Positions 39,245-49,653 of a stretch of 64,000 nt of DNA are shown here, in pieces; positions within the stretch are counted from its first letter, which is position 1, and every line of letters begins with the position of its first letter. The stretch comes from Candidatus Methanoperedenaceae archaeon (GTDB lineage: Archaea > Halobacteriota > Methanosarcinia > Methanosarcinales > Methanoperedenaceae), in contig CAVWCX010000030.1 in assembly GCA_963753595.1 (NCBI GenBank), forward strand, positions 1 to 64,000, in the 5' to 3' direction. The notes under the pieces are model-generated. The model was not told the origin of the DNA. It did not search any database and saw only the letters and a program-made list of their open reading frames with translations. The position numbers and the translations under genes are program-made.

Positions 39245-40594
39245 ATGGTAAATATAGTAATAATCGGACTGGGAAGTGGTGGCTTTGCAGCTTCTCTTTC
39301 TATTCGAAGGACTGACCCGGATGCTTTCATAACTATCATAGAGAAAAGATCTTATGATATGTTTTCTCCTTGCGGAATGCCTTATGCAATAGAAGGTTTA
39401 GTGCGTCTGGAAGAACTCATGTTCTCGCTGCCGGAAGATAAGCAAATAACAAAGCTTCTTGAGCATGAAGCCGTGTCAATAAATCCTGTTGAAAAAATTG
39501 TCAAAGTGAATAACCGAAAAACCAGGGAAACCCTATCTATTCCATATGATTCATTGATCATCGCATCGGGAGCACAACCGTTCATCCCACCCATAAAAGG
39601 AGCAAAAGATAATCCTGGTAATGGCGTTTATGTGCTCCACGATATTGAAAGCGCGCGAATAATTTCAGGCAATGCAGGGGAGACAAAAAAAATATCAGTC
39701 ATAGGAGCAGGCCCTATAGGTCTTGAGATCGCAGTGGCTTTACGAACAAAGGGGCTTGAAGTTGTGGTGATCGAGATGCTTTCTTTTGCAATGCCCCGCG
39801 CACTTGACAGGGATATGGCAAAGCTTGTTGAACAATCGCTAAAGGAAAGCGGGATTAGATTACTATTTAACAAAAGCGTTGAGAGTATAAATGGTTCTCC
39901 GGTGAGATCAGTTTCAGTGGGCGGTGAAGCAATAGAAACTGATATGGTAATTCTTGCGTCAGGTGTAAGGGCCGACTTTGAGATCACAAAAAATGCGGGG
40001 ATAGAGCATGGGAAATGGGGCATTAAAACAAATGCAAAAATGGAGACGAATATCAAAGGAATTTATGCGGTAGGCGACTGCATTGAGACCGTAAGCCTCA
40101 TCAATCACAGGCCAACGATGATGCAATTATCATCCGCAGCTTACAGGCAGGGAACGGTAGCCGGCACTAATGCCGCAGGTGGTTATGATATTTATGAAGG
40201 GGCGCTTGGAACTTTTGTTACGGTCATTGGAGATCTTGAAGTTGCAGCTACCGGTTTCAATGAATTCTTTGCCGAAGCGGCAAGATATAAGATAATATCA
40301 GGCAAAGCTCATGGAAAAAGTAAGCCCGAATATTATCCCGGCGCAAAAGATATTACTGTAAAACTCATCTGCGATGCAAAAACCGGAAAAGTGCTTGGCG
40401 GCCAGGCAGCAGGAGAGGGCGCCGGGGCAATTATAAATGTTATTTCACTTGGAATAAGATGCGGTATTGATGTTTTTTCCCTGGCCAGGACGGAAATGGC
40501 ATATTGTCCCATGGTTGGTGAGAATTATAATGTCCTGAATAAGGCAGCGGATTTTACGGTGAGAAAGCTTGAGAAGGTACAAAAACAGAAGTAA
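39245..40594 (+). CDS. CoA-disulfide reductase/NADH oxidase family flavoprotein
   Basis: GLGSGG, SPCGMPY redox Cys, GAGPIG, YAVGDC, MAYCP. Confidence 0.88.
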   Translation: MVNIVIIGLGSGGFAASLSIRRTDPDAFITIIEKRSYDMFSPCGMPYAIEGLVRLEELMFSLPEDKQITKLLEHEAVSINPVEKIVKVNNRKTRETLSIPYDSLIIASGAQPFIPPIKGAKDNPGNGVYVLHDIESARIISGNAGETKKISVIGAGPIGLEIAVALRTKGLEVVVIEMLSFAMPRALDRDMAKLVEQSLKESGIRLLFNKSVESINGSPVRSVSVGGEAIETDMVILASGVRADFEITKNAGIEHGKWGIKTNAKMETNIKGIYAVGDCIETVSLINHRPTMMQLSSAAYRQGTVAGTNAAGGYDIYEGALGTFVTVIGDLEVAATGFNEFFAEAARYKIISGKAHGKSKPEYYPGAKDITVKLICDAKTGKVLGGQAAGEGAGAIINVISLGIRCGIDVFSLARTEMAYCPMVGENYNVLNKAADFTVRKLEKVQKQK

Positions 40595-40599
40595 AGACA

Positions 40600-40785
40600 T
40601 CGAAATAGTGTCTCAAGGTCAGCATTCTTCTTTTCAAGTTCAGCAGTGCGCTCTCTAACGCGCTGTTCAAGTAAGGTGTTGAGTTTATACAGTTATTCTT
40701 GCACATGTTTGCGCTCTTCTATCTCCTTTATTAATTTTTCATTACTAACGGTCAATTCATAAGTGCGCTCCTTGATGCGCATGCT
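40600..40785 (-). pseudogene. Fragment of sensor kinase signalling helix
   Basis: MRIKERTYEL...EIEERKHVQE*LYKLNTLLEQRVRERTAELEKKNADLE with in-frame stop. Confidence 0.65.
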
Positions 40786-40862
40786 AACAAAATAAAAATT
40801 ATTGTGACTTTATATTTTTCTGTTATATTAACCTGTATCAACTTATCTCCCCTTCCTTAGTT

Positions 40863-43577
40863 CTAATTTGTCAATGATTTCAATGTAGGTGTCCCCTCAT
40901 CCAGGATAAGAATTGCCTTCAGTGTACCATCTTCCATTGATTCAATAGTAAATCCCATTTCCCGGAACAGTTTTATTGCCTTGTAATTATCCGGTAACAT
41001 CACAGCATGGATCTTCTCCAGTTGTTTATCCTTGCATATTTCGATCATGAAATCCACCATTTTTGAACCAAGACCCTTGCCCTGCCATGGATCTGACACA
41101 ATAAAGGATATCTCGCCTGCATTTTCAGTATGTTCGATATTAAGTCTCACAACCCCGAGCATTTTTCTCTTGCCTTCTTCTTCAATCTCTGCCACAATAG
41201 CAAGTTCCCTGTCATAGTCGATATTACAGTACATGGAACTGTACTCGTGTGCTACTGGCTCTATTATAGTTTGAAACACCCTGAAATGTATGGACTCCTG
41301 GGAAAAAGTGTGGAACATCTCAAGCCATAATGGTTCATCTTCAGGTTTAATTGGTCTCAGTATTACAGTTCGACCATCCCGGAGCTTCCATAAAGATTTA
41401 TATTTTTCCGGATAAGGGCTAATTACCAGATGCGAATGAGGTTTTGCATTGAGCAGTTCTTTATCGATCACTCCGCGTGCATCAAGAGCAAAAACCTCAT
41501 TTTCATTAATAAAGAGCGGATTAATATCAAATTCTTTCAATTGCGGGAAATCCACAAGCATCTGGGAAAAACGAACAATAATTTCTTCCAGGAGTTTGAT
41601 ATTCGCAGGAGGAAGATTTCTGTAGCCCTGGAGAAGCCGATATACTTTTGTTTCTTCCACCATTCTTCTTGCAAGCGTCTGATTAAGCGGCAAAAGCCCG
41701 ATAGCGACATCTTTGTATATCTCCACATCAATCCCTCCCCTTCCGAACATAATTACAGGACCGAATAGTGAATCAGTTTTTGCGCCAAGAATTAATTCAA
41801 TGCCCTTTTTCTTGATCATCTGCTGGACAGTTATCCCCTGGATATGCGCATCCGGTTCGTGTTCTTTTACACTTTTCATTATATCATCATAAGCCGACCG
41901 GAGTTCAGGTTCGGAATTAATGTCAAGTTTAACACCCCCTACATCCGTTTTATGAGATATTTGCTCTGACAGGATCTTAAGGGCTACAGGATAACCTGTT
42001 TGAATCGCACAAGTTACAGCTTCATCCACCGTTTTTGCCAATCTTGTTTTAACAACAGGGATATTATAATAATCAAGGAAACGTTTTGATTCGGTTTCTG
42101 TCAAAGTATATCGGTCTTCTTTGACAGCATTTTTGATAATAGAGATCAAGGGTTGTTTTGGCGGGGCGCTATCCACAGGTAACTCTACAGGGGTTTCATA
42201 AAGTAACTCAAGGCTGCGCTTATATTGATACATATACATATATGTCGCAATTGCCTGTTCCGGAGTGGAATAAGTCGGTACACCATTATCTGTCAAAATA
42301 TGATTTGCTTTTTCCACGTCATCATAACCCATAAAAGAAGTAAAATATGGTTTTGAGAACTTTTTCTTTTTGTAAATATCCACAATTTTTTCGGCTATTT
42401 CGGCTGGATCCGAACTTCCCTGGGGGGTATAGATAATAACCACGCCATCAACTTTATCATCGTTGAAGCATGCTTCTGCCGCAGCTTCATACCTCTTTGC
42501 ATTTGCATCCCCAAGCAGGTCAATGGGATTGCTCTTGCTCCAGTGAGGCGGAAGGATGCCATTTAGCTTCTCGATCGTTTCGCTGCTTAATTGGGCAAGT
42601 TCCCCGCCAAGGGCTATGATCGAATCTGAAGCCATTACACCAGGACCACCTGCATTAGTAATTATGGCAATGTTTGCCCCCTTGGGAAGCGGCTGCTTTC
42701 CTATAGCTTCGGCACAGTTGAACAGGTCCTCAATATCCTTTACCCGCACAATTCCCGCCCGCTTAAACGCAGCATCATATACCATATCTTCGCCGGTTAT
42801 AGCGCCGGTATGTGAAGCGGCTGCCTTTGCGCTCTGTGCTGTTCTTCCCGATTTCACAACAATTATTGGTTTTGTTTTTGAGAAGTGCCGTGCTGCGCTC
42901 ATGAATTTCCTTGCTTCTGTGATCCCTTCGATGTACATTAAAATGCTTCGTGTTTTGGGATCAGTGCCAAAATAGTCGATCAGATCCCCGAAATTCACAT
43001 CGATCATTGAACCTACTGAAACAAAATTGCTAAAATTTATATTCTCATGAACAGCCAGGTCAAGAATTGCTGACCCCAGAGCTCCGCTCTGGGACAGGAA
43101 TGCAATACTTCCGGGTTTTTGCTTTTTTGAAATAAAAGTCGCATTAAGATATATGTCAGGGTGTATTATTCCCAGGCAATTCGGACCTATTATCCTCATA
43201 TCATACTTCCTTTTTATTTCAAGTATCTTTTCTTCCAGAAGTTTTCCGGATGCCCCCACTTCTTTGAATCCGGCTGAGATGATGATCAATCCCTTAATTC
43301 CGGTATTTCCGCATTCCTCTACTATATCGGGAACGGTTGCTGCGGGAGTGGCAATGATAGCAAGGTCAACGACCTGGGGAAGTTGTGATATTGAAGTATA
43401 TGCTTTTTTTCCAAGGATTTCGGGTTTGTGAATGTTAACGGGATAAACGATTCCCTTATACCCCATTTCCGTGAGGTTTTTCATTAAAATGAATCCTACA
43501 GAGCCTTCTTCATCACTTGCTCCTATTAGCGCAATGGTTTTTGGATTGAAAATACTATCAAGATTTGATGATGCCAA
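40863..43577 (-). CDS. ADP-forming acetate-CoA ligase-like/GNAT fusion (Pat-type protein acetyltransferase)
   Basis: GPNCLG, SQSGA, SHTGA, NAGGPG, HKTDVGGV, C-terminal GNAT WQGKGLG; TTG start 43577. Confidence 0.9.
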   Translation of the reverse strand: MASSNLDSIFNPKTIALIGASDEEGSVGFILMKNLTEMGYKGIVYPVNIHKPEILGKKAYTSISQLPQVVDLAIIATPAATVPDIVEECGNTGIKGLIIISAGFKEVGASGKLLEEKILEIKRKYDMRIIGPNCLGIIHPDIYLNATFISKKQKPGSIAFLSQSGALGSAILDLAVHENINFSNFVSVGSMIDVNFGDLIDYFGTDPKTRSILMYIEGITEARKFMSAARHFSKTKPIIVVKSGRTAQSAKAAASHTGAITGEDMVYDAAFKRAGIVRVKDIEDLFNCAEAIGKQPLPKGANIAIITNAGGPGVMASDSIIALGGELAQLSSETIEKLNGILPPHWSKSNPIDLLGDANAKRYEAAAEACFNDDKVDGVVIIYTPQGSSDPAEIAEKIVDIYKKKKFSKPYFTSFMGYDDVEKANHILTDNGVPTYSTPEQAIATYMYMYQYKRSLELLYETPVELPVDSAPPKQPLISIIKNAVKEDRYTLTETESKRFLDYYNIPVVKTRLAKTVDEAVTCAIQTGYPVALKILSEQISHKTDVGGVKLDINSEPELRSAYDDIMKSVKEHEPDAHIQGITVQQMIKKKGIELILGAKTDSLFGPVIMFGRGGIDVEIYKDVAIGLLPLNQTLARRMVEETKVYRLLQGYRNLPPANIKLLEEIIVRFSQMLVDFPQLKEFDINPLFINENEVFALDARGVIDKELLNAKPHSHLVISPYPEKYKSLWKLRDGRTVILRPIKPEDEPLWLEMFHTFSQESIHFRVFQTIIEPVAHEYSSMYCNIDYDRELAIVAEIEEEGKRKMLGVVRLNIEHTENAGEISFIVSDPWQGKGLGSKMVDFMIEICKDKQLEKIHAVMLPDNYKAIKLFREMGFTIESMEDGTLKAILILDEGTPTLKSLTN

Positions 43578-43748
43578 GATATTCCCCCAGTTAAATGCAT
43601 TATAGTAATCTGGAAAAATAAATCTTTGCTTTTTTGGACAGAATTTATTCACCGCATTTAGTATTGAATAAAAAAAACCTCATAATTATAAGTATAAGAC
43701 GAATAAGTATTTATATAGTGAAAGAATATTATATCAAGGTTGAATTTC

Positions 43749-44519
43749 ATGGTTGATAAGAAAAAAATTAAGACAGAAAAAGGTGATTCAAAGCGCGTTC
43801 CTACCGGGATAGAAGGTTTTGATGAATTGTGCGGCGGTGGCTTACTAAGAAACAGGTCATATCTATTATCAGGAGCAGCAGGTTGTGGAAAGACCATATT
43901 TGGGCTCCAGTATCTCTATAATGGCATAACAAAATATGGAGAAAATGGTATTTATATAGCGACAGAGGAGAGACCTGACCAGGTCAGGGAAAATGTCCTG
44001 AAATTCGGATGGGATTTTGAGGCCCTTGAGGATGAAGGAAAACTTGCGATAATTGATGCATGTTCAACCAAGATAGGCATTCCATCCCATGAAAAATACG
44101 TTGATGTGAGACCTTTTGATCTTCGCTCAATGATGGACCAGATAATTGCCATACAGGATACGATCGACGCCAAGAGGGCGCTCGTTGATGGAACGACATC
44201 TATCGGTTTTTACCTGCAGGACCCTTCAAAAATCAGGGTTGAGCTTCTAAAATTGAGCACAACTCTTGAAGTACTGGGATTGACATCGCTTATGACCTGT
44301 GAAATTATAGATGAAACTTCAACAAGCAGGTTTGGAGTTGAAACGTTCGTAACTGAAGGTACAATAGTAATGTATAACAAACGGGTCAATGATGTCAGGG
44401 TTCGAAGTGTCGAGGTTTTCAAGATGAGAGGATCAGACCATAGTAAAGGCATCCACCCATATGAAATTACACCAACTGGAATAGTTGTGCATCCTGGAGA
44501 AGGAGTTTATACTTCTTAA
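43749..44519 (+). CDS. KaiC-like/RAD55 ATPase with intact Walker A
   Basis: TGIEGFDELCGGGL, GAAGCGKT, ATEE, KMRGSDH. Confidence 0.9.
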   Translation: MVDKKKIKTEKGDSKRVPTGIEGFDELCGGGLLRNRSYLLSGAAGCGKTIFGLQYLYNGITKYGENGIYIATEERPDQVRENVLKFGWDFEALEDEGKLAIIDACSTKIGIPSHEKYVDVRPFDLRSMMDQIIAIQDTIDAKRALVDGTTSIGFYLQDPSKIRVELLKLSTTLEVLGLTSLMTCEIIDETSTSRFGVETFVTEGTIVMYNKRVNDVRVRSVEVFKMRGSDHSKGIHPYEITPTGIVVHPGEGVYTS

Positions 44520-44540
44520 TTTTTTTAGATCTCTATTCCC

Positions 44541-45212
44541 ATGGGTCAAAAACCATTGATAGTATTGAATTTTAAAACCTATGCCGAAAGCATGGGCGAG
44601 AAAGCGGTACTGATGGCGAAATACTGTGAAGAAGTCAGTATTGGGTCAGGCATCGAGATAATTGCCTGCCCGCAGACGCCTGATATTTTCAGGGTTGCAT
44701 GCGCGGTAAAAATACCAGTTTTCGCCCAGCATGTCGATAGCGTTAGCGCAGGAGGTTATACCGGTCACATAACTGCGGATTGCGTCCTGTCAGCAGGGGC
44801 AAAAGGAACACTTATCAACCATTCGGAGCGCCGTATCCTGTTATCTGAACTCGATTCAGCAATTCAATCCGCAAAAAAAGCAGGGTTGCTGACAATTGCC
44901 TGCACGAATAATATTGCAGTAACATCAGCAGCAGCAGCGCTTTCCCCTGATTTTGTCGCAATTGAGCCGCCTGAACTCATTGGTTCTGGCATTCCTGTTT
45001 CTAAAGCAAATCCTGAAATCGTTATCGGCTCGGTGAGCGCTGTGAAAAAAATAAACCCAAAAGTCAAAGTCCTTTGCGGTGCAGGGATTTCCACAGGAGA
45101 TGATGTGGCAGCGGCAATTGAACTGGGGACACAGGGAGTGCTTCTTGCATCAGGTGTTATCAAGGCAAAAGATCCAAAGGCAGCGCTTTTTGACCTGGTG
45201 ACGAAGATTTAA
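44541..45212 (+). CDS. tpiA: Triosephosphate isomerase (archaeal type)
   Basis: LNFKTY, NHSE, IEPPELIG, CGAGI, LLASGV. Confidence 0.96.
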   Translation: MGQKPLIVLNFKTYAESMGEKAVLMAKYCEEVSIGSGIEIIACPQTPDIFRVACAVKIPVFAQHVDSVSAGGYTGHITADCVLSAGAKGTLINHSERRILLSELDSAIQSAKKAGLLTIACTNNIAVTSAAAALSPDFVAIEPPELIGSGIPVSKANPEIVIGSVSAVKKINPKVKVLCGAGISTGDDVAAAIELGTQGVLLASGVIKAKDPKAALFDLVTKI

Positions 45213-45251
45213 TGCAACGTTTATAGCATTACAAGTTGTTTTGATTTCTGA

Positions 45252-46859
45252 ATGACTTCCATCGAATTAGCAGCCAGGGATATTATAGAACAACTCCTTC
45301 GAAATGAGATCCCTGATGAAAAAGCCCTGAACGCAGCAAAAAAATCCGCAAGCATTCGATATAAGCTTTCATCCCTTCCTGGTAATTCCCAGATCCTTGC
45401 CGCTGCACGTAACATTGGGGAGAAACAATTCGTCCTTGAGCATCTCCAGTTAAAACCCGTTAGAACGATCTCAGGAGTCGCTGTGATAGCAGCCATGACA
45501 TCCCCTGCGCCTTGCCCTCATGGTCTTTGCATCCCATGCCCTGGTGGCGCTGATTCCAAATTCCACTCACCACAGAGCTATATGGGAGCTGAACCCGCCG
45601 CCAAAAGGGCTTTTGAGAATAATTTTGATCCCTATTTGCAGGTCTCATCGCGCCTGAAACAACTTTCACAAATAGGCCACCCGATCGAGAAGGCAGAACT
45701 TATCATAATGGGTGGAACATATACGTCGCGTACATTGTGCTACCAGGAATGGTTCGTTAAACGTTGTATCGAGGCCATGAATGATTTTTATGGAACAGAA
45801 TGGCGAACAGAAAGGGATTATGTTTCAGTGGAAGAAGTCCAATCTGCAAACGAGAGCGCCCAGGTAAGAAATGTAGGGATAACCATTGAGACAAGACCCG
45901 ACTGGACAAAAAAAGAGCATATTGATACCATTCTTGAACTTGGTGCGACAAAAGTGGAGATAGGTGTCCAGAACACGTATGATTTTATCCTCTCGGGCAT
46001 CCAGCGCGGCCATACGGTCGCCGCCAGCGCGGATGCCAATATGAGACTCAGGGACAGCGGATTAAAAGTTGGATTCCATATGATGCCAGGGCTTCCAGGC
46101 TCAACAGTGGATTCTGATCTTCGTGTGTTCCACAGATTATTCGAGGATGAGCGCTTCATGCCGGATTATCTCAAAATATACCCGACACTTGTCACTGAAG
46201 GAACACGGCTTCACGGGATGTGGGAAATTGGAAATTATGCGCCTCTTGAAGTGCTTGAAGCTGTCGGGTTGCTTGCAAATATAAAAGCCCTGCTGCCCAG
46301 ATGGGTACGCCTTCAAAGGATCCAGCGCGATATTCCAGCCTACCAGGTGCTTGCGGGAATAAAGAAAAGCAATATCAGGCAGCTTGCACAAGAGCGGTTG
46401 AAGGAAATGGAAGGGAAATGCAGGTGCATAAGGTGCCGTGAGGTCGGGCATAAGGAACTTTCAGGAATAAAACCGGGGAATATTGAACTGACAAGCGAAA
46501 AATACAGGGCTTGCGGTGGTCTGGAACACTTCATTTCATTCGAAGATGCAACAATGGATGTATTGGTCGGCTTCCTGAGGCTGCGCTTCCCGGCATCGCC
46601 CCATAGGGCAGAACTTAAAGGCGCAGCGCTTATCCGTGAACTTCATGTCTATGGCTCGATGGTAGCTCCGGGTGAGGACGCAGGTGAATCACAGTGGCAG
46701 CACAAAGGCTATGGTGAAGAGCTCCTGGCCCATGCAGAAGAAACCGCAAGAACTTGCGGATATGAGAAAATTGCGGTAACAAGCGGCATGGGTGTAAGGG
46801 ATTATTACAGGAAATTCGGGTACGAGCGAGAAGGACCATACATGACGAAAAGATTGTGA
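45252..46859 (+). CDS. elp3: Elp3 radical SAM/KAT tRNA U34 carboxymethyltransferase
   Basis: CPHGLCIPCPG, ETRPD, KIYPT, RELHVYG, QHKGYG. Confidence 0.95.
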   Translation: MTSIELAARDIIEQLLRNEIPDEKALNAAKKSASIRYKLSSLPGNSQILAAARNIGEKQFVLEHLQLKPVRTISGVAVIAAMTSPAPCPHGLCIPCPGGADSKFHSPQSYMGAEPAAKRAFENNFDPYLQVSSRLKQLSQIGHPIEKAELIIMGGTYTSRTLCYQEWFVKRCIEAMNDFYGTEWRTERDYVSVEEVQSANESAQVRNVGITIETRPDWTKKEHIDTILELGATKVEIGVQNTYDFILSGIQRGHTVAASADANMRLRDSGLKVGFHMMPGLPGSTVDSDLRVFHRLFEDERFMPDYLKIYPTLVTEGTRLHGMWEIGNYAPLEVLEAVGLLANIKALLPRWVRLQRIQRDIPAYQVLAGIKKSNIRQLAQERLKEMEGKCRCIRCREVGHKELSGIKPGNIELTSEKYRACGGLEHFISFEDATMDVLVGFLRLRFPASPHRAELKGAALIRELHVYGSMVAPGEDAGESQWQHKGYGEELLAHAEETARTCGYEKIAVTSGMGVRDYYRKFGYEREGPYMTKRL

Positions 46860-47842
46860 AAAGCATACAAAATTATAAATTAACGGTAAATAATTGGATG
46901 CCTGTGCAAAAAAAGATCGCGATCACTGCTCTTGTCCCGCCGGAATTAATATTTGCGTGCAGAGGTGAACCATTTGATGTCAATAATGTCATCCCCGGAT
47001 CAAAAAAATACCCGCGTAACAAATTATGCGCCTGGACTGCCATCTGGCAGGAGATGCTTTCAAAGAGAGAGATAAATATTGACTCTCTTATCGTAGTAGC
47101 AGGCGGGGATTGCCATAATGCGCTCGTAGATGGCCAGAAAGTTGCAATGAGCGGCATTCCCACCCACTTTTTCTTTTATCCTTTCGACGGGGATCCCGAT
47201 TACCTGGAATCACAATTGTATAAACTCAGTGATTTCCTTGGAAATATTGGATCACCTGAAAAACCCGGGCAGATCAGGGAGCTTAAAAAATTAGGGAAAA
47301 AAATAGATAAAAAAAGAGCAGATGGCAAGATCTCATCAGGGGATGCTTTCAGGATCATGATCTCTTTTTCCGACCTCATGGGTGATCTTGATAAATTCAA
47401 GAAAGTTATTTCCTCAACAAAAGAGCGAAAAATTGAAATGAAGAACAGGGTTGCATTGATAGGTGTTCCTCCGATATTTCATGATTTCCATGATGTGGCT
47501 GAGTCTCTGGGACTTGCGGTGGTTTTTGATGAACTTCCTTTTGAATTTATCAGGCACTCAGGAACTGATATTCCTGAGATCGCCCGTGATTACTGCAACT
47601 ACACCTTTGCCAGGCCGCTTGATTTCAGGATAAAATTCCTCCAGCAGGAACTTGAAAAAAGAAAAGTTGACGGTGTAATACATTATACGCAATTTGCCTG
47701 CCATCACATGCTTGAAGATGAGATCATGAGGTCAAAGCTTGATTACCCGATGCTGACCATACAGGGAGACCTTCCGGGAAATACTCCTGAGCAGATAAAA
47801 TTGAGGCTTGAAGCCTTCAGGGAGGCGCTTGAAAGGTCATGA
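46856..47842 (+). CDS. 2-hydroxyacyl-CoA dehydratase (HgdB/FldC-like) Fe-S subunit
   Basis: LCAW, GGDCH, FACHH, RLEAF; GTG overlaps elp3 stop (ATG 46898 alternative). Confidence 0.85.
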   Translation: MKSIQNYKLTVNNWMPVQKKIAITALVPPELIFACRGEPFDVNNVIPGSKKYPRNKLCAWTAIWQEMLSKREINIDSLIVVAGGDCHNALVDGQKVAMSGIPTHFFFYPFDGDPDYLESQLYKLSDFLGNIGSPEKPGQIRELKKLGKKIDKKRADGKISSGDAFRIMISFSDLMGDLDKFKKVISSTKERKIEMKNRVALIGVPPIFHDFHDVAESLGLAVVFDELPFEFIRHSGTDIPEIARDYCNYTFARPLDFRIKFLQQELEKRKVDGVIHYTQFACHHMLEDEIMRSKLDYPMLTIQGDLPGNTPEQIKLRLEAFREALERS

Positions 47843-48525
47843 TAGGGCTTGACGTGGGCAGTACGACTGCAAAAAAAGTTTCAATTGAAGATGGCGAATT
47901 AAAATATAAGATAACAGGGACACACAATTGGATAGACCTGGTAACTGGAATTGATGGGAATGATATTATTTCAACCGGGTATTTCCGGAACTCAGTCCCG
48001 CATCGCGCCTCTGTCACTGAAATAACAGCTGCCATTTATGGTGTCAGGCATTATTTCCCTGATGCTGATGTGATCGTGGATATCGGGGGACAGGACACAA
48101 AGGTCATAGATGTCAAAAAAAATAATTTCATAATAAACGACAAATGCAGCGCAGGAACAGGTGCTTTTCTTGAGTTCGTTGCAAATTATTTCAAGATCGA
48201 TATAAAAGAGCTTGGTTCATTTCACAGCAGGGCAAAACGAATTCCTGCGATAAATAACACATGCGGAGTATTTGCTCTTTCCGAGATGATCTCACAGCTT
48301 GTAGCCGGATATACACAGGAAGAAGTTATTGCAGGGATGCATTATGCATTTGCGCGCAGGATCTCATTTATGATACCAGAGGCAGAAGAACTTGTTCTTA
48401 TTGGCGGGACTGTAAAGAATAAAGGAATGTTATCAGCTCTTAAGGATATCCTCCAAAAAGAAGTACTTGTACCGGAAGAACCACAGATCGTGAACGCTCT
48501 GGGTGCCCTTAAGTATTACTGCTGA
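47839..48525 (+). CDS. HgdC/BcrAD-family CoA-dehydratase activase (ASKHA ATPase)
   Basis: GLDVGSTTAK, DIGGQDTK, NDKCSAGTG, NTCGVFA. Confidence 0.9.
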   Translation: MIGLDVGSTTAKKVSIEDGELKYKITGTHNWIDLVTGIDGNDIISTGYFRNSVPHRASVTEITAAIYGVRHYFPDADVIVDIGGQDTKVIDVKKNNFIINDKCSAGTGAFLEFVANYFKIDIKELGSFHSRAKRIPAINNTCGVFALSEMISQLVAGYTQEEVIAGMHYAFARRISFMIPEAEELVLIGGTVKNKGMLSALKDILQKEVLVPEEPQIVNALGALKYYC

Positions 48526-48621
48526 TCAATTTTAGTATAATCAATACCATCGAATTCCAGGTTTATTAAAATATTCTCCACAATTCTTATTTAGTGTTAG
48601 AACAAGTATCGGTGGGATTTC

Positions 48622-49653
48622 ATGGAAAGGTTCAAATCGAGAAATATTCTGTTTGTAATTATAATAGGTGCGATTATTTTTGCAATTTTCGCAAAACAGA
48701 TAGGATTTGAGAAATTTTTTAGTTTAGTGAATAACGCCAATAAACTTTTCCTTCTTCTTGCAGTATTTTTTAATTTAATGAATATGATAACCTTTACCAT
48801 CTCATGGAGATTCCTTATACCTGCAAAGATCAGCCTGTATAAATTATTCAAATTCTATATGGCTGGAACATTTATCAATAACATAACTCCATCATTCGGG
48901 ACAGCCGGAGAACCGGTAAAAGCAATGTACCTGGGGAAAGAAACAGGAACGAGCAAGTCTGAATGTTTTGCAGGTATCGTATCAGTGAGGATGCTAAATA
49001 TGTTCCCATTCTTAACGATCGGGATGTTTGGTATCTGGCTTCTGTTTTCCAATCCTATGATAAAACTGGGGTTCTGGGCGATAGTAGGATTGGTTTTCTC
49101 TATAGGGCTTGCTCTTTCAATATTCTTTCTTATAATCTATTTTTATATAAGAAAAGATAAATTATCTTCATTTGTCCATTCATCCATCCGATTTTTTGCT
49201 CCATTTATCGGGCTGGTGAAAAAAGGTTTTGACCATACTTCATACATTACTGCTGTGGATGAGTCGATCAACTCATTCCATGGTGGTCTCACGAATATAC
49301 GCCATGATAAAAAAGGCCTTGCAAAAGTACTTGTTTTATCATATCTGGGGTGGGTTTTTGACATGCTGGCGATATATATGGTATTTCTTTCCATAGATGG
49401 AAATTATATCCATATCAGTGTATTGATCATTTCCTATACCGTATCTATGGTAAGTAGCTGGCTTCCTCTTTTCCTGCCCGGAGGGCTTGGGATTGTTGAT
49501 GGTACAATGGCGATCCTTTTCATTTATGGAGGCGTCCCTGCTGAGATAGCGATACTTGCAACACTTCTTTACAGGCTTTCATCCTACTGGTTCAATACTA
49601 TATTGGGAGCATTCTATTTCTGGATTCTTTTAAAACCAGCTGATCCTTCGTGA
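48622..49653 (+). CDS. Lysylphosphatidylglycerol synthase TM/flippase-like (UPF0104) protein
   Basis: SWR, NNITPS..GEPVK, PGGLG..DG, LLYR. Confidence 0.85.
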   Translation: MERFKSRNILFVIIIGAIIFAIFAKQIGFEKFFSLVNNANKLFLLLAVFFNLMNMITFTISWRFLIPAKISLYKLFKFYMAGTFINNITPSFGTAGEPVKAMYLGKETGTSKSECFAGIVSVRMLNMFPFLTIGMFGIWLLFSNPMIKLGFWAIVGLVFSIGLALSIFFLIIYFYIRKDKLSSFVHSSIRFFAPFIGLVKKGFDHTSYITAVDESINSFHGGLTNIRHDKKGLAKVLVLSYLGWVFDMLAIYMVFLSIDGNYIHISVLIISYTVSMVSSWLPLFLPGGLGIVDGTMAILFIYGGVPAEIAILATLLYRLSSYWFNTILGAFYFWILLKPADPS

